Assembly: GCA_050084985.1 (NCBI GenBank)
Contig: JBITNC010000002.1
Span: 38,192,001 to 38,256,000 of the forward strand
Direction: 5' to 3'
Origin: Nageia nagi
Taxonomy: Eukaryota > Plantae > Pinophyta
Length of the DNA: 64,000 bases
A program made the position numbers and the translations under genes. Shown piece after piece: positions 54,111 through 64,000 of the stretch. Positions within the stretch are counted from its first letter, which is position 1; each line of letters starts with the position of its first letter. The notes beneath the pieces were generated by a model that was given only the letters and a program-made list of their open reading frames with translations, was not told where the DNA came from and did no database searches.

Positions 54111-55827
54111 CTCCTTGGATTTTGAGAAATCAGATGGTGAAGATAATAATCTCTGTACAGTCCCTCAGGATTGGAAGATGATTTTGCCTCAGTGCATCCT
54201 AATCTTTGCGTGCTCACCTCTGCGCTCTCCACGTCCTTTTAACATCTAATCTTCTCCCACTTTGTTTGTGCATTTAATTTTTTTTTCTATGCTCCTGCAC
54301 AAGCAATGTATTCTCCTTCTTGGTAAGGGAAGGGTAGCCATCATTTTTTTTACCTAAAAGCATTTATTTTTTTTAACTTGGAGTGCTTGAGGTAAAAGTA
54401 GCATTAACTATGCATGGGTCACCTTTTTTTTCATTAATACTTGCAAGTAGCAAACGTATACTTTTTGGTAGGCATTTAATATTTTTTGCTTGCTTACAAG
54501 TCATTTGTTCCTATTAAATGCACTTAGAAGTACTTATACTCCAACTTTAAGCATTGACTATAATACTTTAAAGTAAGTAGATACATCATTACTCTTCAAT
54601 GCAATTCCAATTTTTTTTAAAAAATGTGGCACATGGAGGAAATTTTGGAGTATAATTTTTTTTCTCTAAGTATGGTAATTTACTTAGACAAAACTTTTTT
54701 AGTAAAATTTTTTTGCTAAGGTAATCTAAGTATGCTATTTTTTTTTAAGTAAACAAGGAAAATTTTTTACTTAAAATATAAATGCATACTTAAAAGATAA
54801 TTTTTTTAGCATACAAGTTTTAGGGATAAAATTTTAAGTAAAAAAAGGGGGAATTTGTATAGTTTTCTTTTACTTAAAACTTTATCTAGATCTTGCATGC
54901 TAAATTTGTAATGCATGCCTCTTAATCTTGTAGGAATAAAGCATGCTTAGTACTTAAAATTTTTAAGTTAAATAATTCATTTTTTAATAAGATAAATGAT
55001 GCATGTTTATTACTTAATTTTTAAGTCATGGAATAATGCATATTTAAGTTATGGATTAATGCTAAGTAGGACTTAGCCTTTTTAAATTCATTAAAGTGTT
55101 GAATGAATTTATGAACTTGAAAATGTAAAAATGTTCTTTAGGGGTTAGTACAAAACCCATTGGACTCTTATATTTCAAGTTCTTGTGGATGATGTATTTT
55201 TAATACTTTACTTTATATTTTTGCATAATTGCTTTATACTTGCAAAACGCAAAATATTGAAAGTAACCCCTAAAACGAACACATCTGCACATACTTTTCC
55301 ACAACATAACTTGTTTGGGGAGCCACGAGGTGAGGACAGGGTAGACTAGAGCCTTTTTAGTCCGAAGAACCAAGTGGTGGTAAATCCATATTAATTGCCC
55401 CTAAGACCTCTATTGGATTGGACATAACTCTATTAGGTGGACAGGCATGTGTGTAGTGATACCACATGTTCGCACGTCCATTCAAGGATTATCCTGATAA
55501 CCTAGGAGGAAAACTTGAAAACCTTAAACAAGATAATTAAAATGGTATGTCCAAGATACGTCGGATCCTTAGAAAATAGTTGGTACTTCTCCTTGAGAGA
55601 GTATATTACTAACCAAGGTGAACTGGTTGAGTACTTGGGCTCCACTTTGTGGGCATCCAGGTGAAGGCCTAATTCTATACAAGAAAACAACCTTAACTTT
55701 ATCCTTCTACGGATCTTGGTTTATAAGTTTGCACATATGGGACATGTTTACTTATCAATATTTGATTTGTATAGATGGTAAATTGTAGAAAATTATTCAT
55801 TCTTCTTGCTTATTTACTTTTGTAGCA

Positions 55828-58800
55828 ATGGTTGAAACCTTCATACCCAAGCATATACTCGACGGTTCCAACTTCAGCATATGGGAACCTCGTATGAAAG
55901 CTGAGTTACAAGCAAGGAAGCTATGGCAGACAGTTAATGAAGACTTGGTCACTCCTACAGATGGGAAGGCTCTTGAAATCTACAACTCAAAGAATGAGTT
56001 AGCAACTTCAATGATTTATCGTGTAATTTTAGATGATGTACTTCTCATGATCTCTTCTTCAACATCAGCAAAGGAAGCTTGGGATAGGCTAAAAAAAATT
56101 TACCTTGGGTCAAAATTTTCAAGGAGGTTCACTATTTTACAAAAGTTATTGCAATATTGTCAAGGTGAAGATGAAAGTGCTTCTATTTACTTAACCAAAA
56201 TCATTGACCTTAGGACACAACTGGTTGACTGTGGGTACAACTGGATCAATGATGAGTTCATGGTCTTTATCATTCTTCAAAACCTTTCTACAAAGTTCAG
56301 TAACTTTGTCACGGTTATGAAAACTAGGCTCGATGATGAAGAAGATGTCATCTCTCTTGATAACCTTTCTAGACTCCTTCTGAAGCATAAGGAAACTTTG
56401 AATAAGAAAATGTTGAACTTTTCTCCAAAGGATAAAAGCATTGCTCTAGGAGCAACCAAAACTCCTTTCAAGAAGAAGTTCAAACATTATAAATTCAAAG
56501 ATAACAAATCCTCATCTACCTTCAGGAAGTATGAGAAAAAGGGCAACAATAATGGCAACTTCATGCAAAGGAATGACAAAGCTAGATCAAGCAATCCAAC
56601 ACCTAAGGAAAAGTTTGATGGAAATTGTAACTTTTGTGGCATCTTTGATCACAAAGAGTATGATTATCATAAAAAGAAATTTGCTCAAAAAGGTAAGGGA
56701 AATGCAAATGTAAAAAATTTCAATAATAAAAAGAAGACCAAGCATGCTGCTACTATTGCCTACTACTCAGTGACTCAAACTATTTCAAATGATTGAATTG
56801 TTGATTCAGGATGCACTAATCACATGCGTTATGAAAAGGATAAGTTTGAAAACTTTCATAAGTACAAGATGGATGCAGTTGTGATAGGTGATAATTCAGT
56901 CTTTGATGTTCAAGGAATAGGGAGTGTGAAGATTCATGGAAAGGTTCTTGATAATGTCTTTTATGTGCCTAAACTAAGGATGAATCTTATCTCTGTAATT
57001 CAGATTACAAAGAAAGGATACTCATTTGAGTTTACCTCACACTCCTGGTGTGTTAAGAAAGGACTTGCCACCTTGATGAAAGGATTAGTAAAGGATGACC
57101 TTTATATTGTGGATCAAGTTCCTTCAAAGATGTGTCTTACTGAAAATGTTTGTTCAAAGGGTAATCTTTGGTATCAACGATTAGGGCACCTTAACCACAA
57201 GAGTATTCAAGATATGAAAAATCAAGAACTTGTGGAAGGTTTACCTAATATTTCACCCATAATTGGTCTCTGTGAAAGGTGCATTCTAGGAAAGATGAAT
57301 AGGCAAAAGTTTGAAAAAGATAAGGCAACTCGGGCTACTCGTCCTCTTCAGCTTGTGCATTCAGATTTGATGGGTTCATTTCAAACTAAGTCTCTAGGGG
57401 GAGCTTCTTATGTTCTGACCTTCATTGATGACTTCAGTAGGATGACATTTGGTTATCTACTTGAGCACAAGGATCAAACTTTTGACAGGTTTAAAAGACT
57501 TCAAGGCTCTTGTTGAAAATCAAACTAATTTTAAGATCAAGATGCTGAGATCTGATAATAGGGGTGAGTATAATAGCAATGAATTTAATGACTATTATGT
57601 TAAACATGGGATCAAGCGACAATTCACAATCCCTTACACCCCTCAACAAAATGGAGTTGTTGAAAGGAAGAATCGAACCATTATGGAAATGGTAAGGTGC
57701 ATGTTGGTAACCTTCCTAGTTTCTTATGGGGTGAAGCTATTCACACTGCTAATCACATTCTAAATAGGTGTCCTACTAAAGCAGTTGAAGGTAAAACTCC
57801 ATATGAAGCATGGACAAGAAAGAAACCTAACATCTCACACTTTAGGGTCTTCGGTTGTGATGCATTTGCCTTCATTACTTCAGAGAAAAGAAAGAAGTTG
57901 GATAAAAGATCAGAAAAATGCATCTTTGTGGGGTATGATAATCAGCATAGAGGTTACAGGCTCTACTCCTTATCCCATAAAATAGTCTTTGTTTCTAGGG
58001 ATGTCAAGTTCAATGAACTTCTTGAGGATACGACTTCTCATGCTGAGGTGTCTGATTCAGATGATTCTTCACCTGCACCTAACTGGTTGGATGATAATGT
58101 AGGGAAGTCACCACAAGAGCAAAATTCTCCACCTCAGAGAATTACAAGGAGTATAACCTTGAATAAATCTTTATTTACCAAAATTGATAATACAAATGAG
58201 CCATCAACCTTCAAAGAAGCTTCCAAGCAAGAGTGTTGGATGGAAGCTATGAAAGTTGAGTATGAGGTGCTCATGAAAAATGAAACTTGGGATTTGGTTC
58301 CTTATCCTAATGAGAAAAATGTGATTGAAAATAAATGGATATACAAGGTCAAGTACAATTTGATGGAGAAATTGAAAAATACAAAGCAAGGTTAGTGGCT
58401 AAAGGATTCACTCAGAAATATGGTATTTATTATGACGAAACCTTTGCTCCTGTGGCCAAGATGCCTACTGTCAAGATAATCTTTGCTCTTTTTGCAGCTC
58501 AAGGATGGAAAGTTTTTCAACTTAAAATGACTGATCTAGGTCTATTGCATTACTATCTTGGGATGCAAGTATACCAACATAAAGATTATACTTATCTTAG
58601 TCAATCTAAGTATATATCAGACATCTTGCAAAAGTTTGGAAAGGAAGAGTGTAGATATGCTGCAATACCTATTTCTCCTAGAATTGTTGTATCTTTGAGC
58701 TCGTATTCTCAGTTGGCTAATGCTACAGCTTATAGGTAATTGATCGGTAGTCTTCTGTATCTGACTATCTCTTGACCTGATATTACCTTTACAGTGAATC

Positions 58801-59411
58801 TAATGGCACGATTCTTGCAAAAATCATATGTTGAACACCTCAATGCTGTTAAGCAAATCTTGAGGTATGTGGCAGGGACAAAGGATCTTACCCTTAAGTA
58901 TTCCAAAGTGCCCTCGATTATTCTCTTTGGGTTCTCAGATTCTGATTATGGGATAGATAGAGATGATAAAAAATCAACCTCTGCATATGTGTTCAGCATT
59001 GGTTCAGGTGCTATCTCTTGGGCTTCCAAGAAGCAACCTACTGTGACTCTTTCTACCATCAAAGCTGAATATCAAGCCATGTCTGTTGCTGCCCAGGAAG
59101 CTATTTGGCTGAGGCATCTTATGAATGAAATTGGGTATGAGCAAAATAGCCCATCTCTTATTTCTTTAGATAATCAATCGACTATCTCTTTGGCTAAGAA
59201 TTCTGTGTTCCATCAGAGAACCAAACATGTGGAAATCTAAGCCCATTTTATCAGGGAGAAGGTTCTAGATGACATCATACACTTGGAGTATTTTCCATCT
59301 ACTGAAAACTCCACTGATTTATTCACCAAGCCCCTTCCTAAAGCTCAGTTCAGCAAGCTTAGGGATTCTCTCGGGTTGGTGAAGTTGCCCTCAAGGGGGA
59401 GTGAAGTTTGA
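55828..59411 (+). pseudogene. Copia gag-pol polyprotein (disrupted)
   Basis: LDGSNFSIW gag, CNFCGIFDHKEYD knuckle, (W)IVDSGCTNHM protease, RLGHLN..CERC, LVHSDL..FIDD..RSDN..QQNGVVERKNRT integrase, RT, SDSDY..KHVEI RNaseH; stops, frameshifts and an RT deletion. Confidence 0.95.
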
Positions 59412-59481
59412 ACTTTTGTTAGTGATGACAACTTCACCTCTAAGAGGCCCCTTTTTTGTTGTTATATAGTGTTGATTATGA

Positions 59482-59795
59482 TATACCTCCGTGGTAAGTT
59501 TGCTCTGTGTGAGAAACTTATTGTACATTTTATACCTTCGTGGTAAGTTTGCTCTACGTGAGAAACTTATTGTACATTTTATACCTCCGTGGTAAGTTTT
59601 CTCTATGTGAGAAACTTGTTGTACATTTTATACCTCCATGGTAAGTTTGCTTTACGTGAGAAACTTGTTGGACAATTTTTTGAGCATATAATTGATATAC
59701 CTCCGTGGTAAGTTCGCTCTGTGTGAGGAACTTCTTGTACATTTTATACCTCTATGGTAAGTTTTCTCTGCGTGAGAAACTTATTGTACAATTTT
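59482..59795. repeat. 49-bp tandem repeat (~6 copies) in the copia 3' UTR
   Basis: atacctccgtggtaagtttgctctgtgtgagaaacttattgtacatttt; single copy in the outer element at ~63496-63533. Confidence 0.92.
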
Positions 59796-62700
59796 TATGC
59801 TCTATTAATAATCAACACATGTCTATATACAATAGGTGACTATGAGTGATGGCTTGGCATCTCCGTGATAACTTATAGTGCGCCATTGATCAGTTATTTA
59901 TAAGATGGCATTATTTAATTCTTTTATTAAGGAAATGAATATATGATGCATCTAACTGATTTTGTTCATGAGTTGCTTGTAGCATGCAGGATCTTCTTCA
60001 GAAATGGAGGTTACTCACCTTGTGTAAGCAAGCTCATGGAGACTCACATGTCAGCTTAAAGTTGATCGACTACTATGTACAGTGAAACCAGTTGTGGTTA
60101 ATGATTATATTGTAAACCATTTTGTCAAATGGTAATGTAGTGAGTCTCAAACTAGTTCTCAAAAAGATTCTCAAATATGTAAATGTTCTCATCTCTGCTT
60201 GTATCTCTATAGAGGAGAACTCTCTCTTACTCTCTCTCTTCTCTCTTCTACGCTCTATCCTAATATTGCATTAAGGGGGAGTGTTAGAATTTGTAATGAA
60301 ATATTATGAATATCTAAACTCCTTGTAAATTCAATTAATCACTTAAAAGATATTTAGATACCTTAAGGGATTAATTGAATTCTTTATTATGTAAACTTTG
60401 ACCTTACCATGTGGTTAGTTGGTAGGTTAAAGTTAGGTAATACATTTATTGTAACCCTAACCTTACCCTTAGGTTAAAGGGAGGTTAGGGAGGTGCTCTC
60501 ATGCTATAAATAGAGGGCCTCTCCTCTTGTAACATAACCAAAATTTTGGAGTAAGATTACCACCAAAATTTTGGAGTAAGATTACTCCACTAGTTTGTGT
60601 AGGAGAGAAAGGAATTGTTGTAAGAGGGTGCATAGTTTGAGAATTGAGATCTAGTTGTGGATGTACTCCTAAGGAGGGAATAACCACATTATATTTGTGT
60701 TATCTTGTGTGAATGGTGTTATTAGCTTGTAGATGTTGAATGATTGAGTTTCGTATAGTCTTGGACCTTGAGGATTAGTCTAGATCTAATTCCTTCAAGA
60801 TCAAGTTCAATTAAAGATGTGTCTTGCTTCTAGCATGTGTTCTAGAGGTAATTTTTAGCACCATCATTTAGGGCACCTTAACCATAAGAGTATTCAAGTA
60901 ATGAAAGACCAAAAACTTATGGAAGTTTTACTTTTAATTTCTCATTCGATTGGTCTATGCAAGAAGTGCATTCTTGGCAAGATGCATAGATACAAGTTTG
61001 AAAAAGATAAGGTAAAAAGAGCATCTCAACCTCTTCAACTTGTGCATTCAGATTTGATGGCTCCATTTCAGATTAAGTTGCTTGGAGGAGCATCTTACAT
61101 CTCTACCTTCAATGATGACTTTAGTAGGATGACCTTTAGGTATCTATTTGAGCATAAGAATTAAACCTTTAAGAGTTTTAAGGTTTTTAATACCTTTGTT
61201 GAGAATCAAATTAATCTTAAAATCAAGATGTTGAGATTAGATAATAGGGGAGAATATAACAATAATGAGTTCACTGACTATTATGTTAAGTATGGAATCA
61301 AAAGGCAATTTATGATTCTTTACACTCTTAAGTAGAATGGTATTACTGAAAGGAAAAATAAAATAATTATGGAGATGGCTAGATGCATGTTGGGTAATCT
61401 TCCTAAATTCTATGGGGTGAAGTTCTAAGCACTGCTATTTACACCTTGAATAGGTGCCTCACAAAAATCGTTCAGGGTAAAACTCCTTTTGAGGCATAGT
61501 CAGGAAGAAAACCTAACATTTATCACCTTAAGGTGTTTAGTTATGAATCATTCTCCTACAATGTTTCTAATAAAAGGAAGAAGTTGGATAAAAGAGATGA
61601 AAAATGCATCTTCATGGGTTATAATAGTTAGCATAAAGGCTATAAGCTCTACTCTCTATCCTATAAAGTAGTGTCCATTTCATGAGATGTAAAGTTCAAT
61701 GAACTTCTTAAAGAATCTACTTCTAATGAGGATGTTGATGATTTAGAGGAATCTTTAGTTGCTCCTAGTTGGTTGGATATTAATATTGACAAGTCACCTC
61801 AAGAATAAAATTCTCCAATAGAAAGAGTAACAAGGAGCATGACCTTCAAGAAATCCTTAATTACCAAAATTGACAACAAGCATGATCCCTCAACCTTCAA
61901 AGAAGCTTCTAATCATGAGTGTTGAATGGAAGCCATCCAAGTGGAGTATGAGGCACTTATGAAAAATAAAATTTAGGACTTGGTTCCTTATCTTAATGAG
62001 AAGAACATGATTAGTAATAAATGGATCTACAAGGTCAAGTTCAATTTAGTTGAAGATATTGAGAAATACAAGGCAAGGTTAGTAGCCAAAGGTTTTGCTC
62101 AAAAATACTATGTAGATTATGAAGAAACCTTTGCTTCCATTGAAAAGATGTCTACTATGAGAATTATCCTTACTCTTTCTACAATTCAAGGATGGAAAGT
62201 TTTTTAACTTGATGTTAAGAGTGCATTTCTCAATGGTGATTTAGATGTGGATATCTTCATGATTCAACCAGAAGGGTTTATTATGGAAGGCAAATAATCC
62301 TTTGTGTGCAAGCTAAAGAAATTATTGTATAAACTTAAGCAAGCACCTAGATCTTGGTATAGAAAGATTTTAGTATACTTTGCAAACATTAGATTCTCCA
62401 AGTGTTTTTTAAACTCGGATCTATATGTGCTTAATCAAGGGAAAGACATGGTCTTAATTCTTTTTTATGTGGATGATCTTATGATAATTGGGAAGAATGA
62501 TAAAATCATTCAAGAGTGCATATCCAAACTTAAGGCAACATTTGAAATTATTGATCTTGATCTCTTGCACTACTATCTTGGAATGCAAGTGTATTAATAC
62601 AAGGATTGTACTTATTTCAATCAATCTAAGTATATATTATACATATTGCAAAAGTTTGGAATGGAATGTAGATATGTTGCGATCCTAGTCTCTCTTGAAA

Positions 62701-64000
62701 TCAGTATTTCTCTAAGCTTCAACTCTCAGTTGGTTGATGCTATAGCTTATAGGTAATTAATTGGTAGTCTTTTGTATTTGACTATATCCAAGCTAGATAT
62801 TACCTTGGTAGTGAATCTGATGGCACGATTCATGTAAAAACCTTATGTTCAACACCTCAATGCTGTTAAACAAATCTTAAGGTATGTTGCAAGGATTAAG
62901 GATCTTACTCTCAAGTATTCTAAGTTACCCTCATTTGTTCTCTCTAGATTCTCAGATTTTGATTATGGGGAAGATAGAGATGATAAGAAATCAACCTCTG
63001 AGTATGTGTTTAGCAATGGTTTAGGTGTTATCTCTTAGGCTTCTAAGAAGCAACCAACTATTTCTCTTTCCACCACAGAAGCTAAATATCATGCCATGTC
63101 TGTTGCAACCCAAGAAGCCATTTAGTTTAGGCATATTTTAAAAGAAATTAGGTATGAGCAAGGTGCATCATATTTGATTTTTTTAGATAAACAAATGGTT
63201 ATTTCTTTGGCTAAGAATCCTATGTTCCATCAGAGAATAAAACATGTAGAAATCTATGCCCATTTTATCAAGGAGAAGGTTCTTGATGGCATCATACACT
63301 TGGAGTATTATCCATCCACCTTGAACTCCATTGATTTGCTCATAAAGCCCCTCATAGAAGCTCAGTTCTATAAGCTTAGGGATGCTATCAGGTTGGTGAA
63401 GTTTCTCTCAAGGGGGAGTGAAGTTTGAATTCATATTTATGATGATAAGTTCACCCCTAGGAGGATTTTATGCTATATAGAGTTGATTTTGTTGTACACC
63501 TTCGTGGTAAGTTCACTCTACATGAGAAACTTGCAAAAAAAATTTAAAAGTAAAAGATTGGCCAATCTAGCACTATTCATTTATCCATATGAGAGGAACT
63601 CTTATGTGTCTTTTAGCACTATTTAGTTATCCATATGCAAGGAACTCTTATGTGCATGCTCTATTTTGTAATGATAATCAACACATGTTTTATATATATC
63701 AGATGACTAAGTTTTTGGCATGGCATCTTCATGATGACTTATAGTGCACCATTGATCAGTTCATGATGACACTTATGTGATTCATCTATCCTTGTTGATA
63801 TGAATATGCTGCATCTAACTGATCTTGTTATTTGAGTTGGTTATGACTTGCAGATTTCTTTGAGATTGTAGGTTACTTACCTTAAGTATGCAAGCTCTTG
63901 GAGACTCTTCATGACTTTCAATTGGATGACTACTTCATGTACATTGAAACCAATTATGGTTAATGATTGTATTTAGAAAAGTAGTGAGTCTCAAACTAGA

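Larger units (their letters stand above)
52445..60797 (+). mobile_element. Younger Ty1/copia element (inner, 8353 bp), structurally complete
   Basis: LTRs 52445-52935 and 60282-60797 (about 14 substitutions by eye plus a 25-bp tandem duplication); PBS TGGTATCAGAGC 52938-52949; PPT AAGGGGGAG 60273-60281; TSD GGATC/AGATC; removal restores the outer frame M-D-Q-V. Confidence 0.96.
47614..64000 (+). mobile_element. Older Ty1/copia element (outer), split by a nested relative; 3' LTR lies beyond the window
   Basis: 5' LTR 47614-48109 (TG..CA) homologous to the inner LTR; degenerate PBS TGGTTACTAGAGC; decayed gag-protease 51120-52444; integrase-RT-RNaseH 60803-63428 (LVHSDL, YKARLVAKGF, KQAPRSWY, FYVDDL, KHVEI). 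Confidence 0.93.

Noticed and set aside
55490-55525. Hammerhead ribozyme core (CTGATAA...GAAA)
   Set aside because: CUGANGA is not matched, stems are unconvincing and the outer copy lacks the GAAA position. Other CTGATGA hits (19033, 19184, 33031) also lack hammerhead geometry.

Overview
AT-rich, CpG-depleted, transposon-dense plant nuclear DNA, probably from a large-genome gymnosperm (inferred from giant TE-filled introns and the TE types). One host gene is recognisable: the 5' part of an ABC1/UbiB atypical kinase (ABC1K2 / At5g24970-like) on the minus strand. Its exons lie at about 46132+, 45566-45719, 38597-38834 and 23446-23487. It has a 15.1 kb intron and a further intron that apparently exceeds 23 kb and runs off the left edge. 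The introns contain two non-autonomous Ty3/gypsy-type LTR elements, two solo LTRs with 5-bp TSDs, two hAT elements with 8-bp TSDs, L1 and non-L1 LINE remnants and copia debris. Upstream of the gene (47.6-64 kb) a younger Ty1/copia element is nested in an older relative. The most notable observations are: (i) a 3.2 kb solo LTR with a CRISPR-like array of conserved palindromes and largely unrelated spacers, next to a decayed 260-codon ORF; (ii) an OSB-type organellar SSB gene fragment captured in the leader of the younger copia; (iii) a conserved, apparently covarying RNA structure of about 400 nt in both copia leaders; (iv) non-autonomous gypsy elements whose pol is replaced by an unknown in-frame ORF. 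All family calls come from motif recognition by eye; no database search was run.
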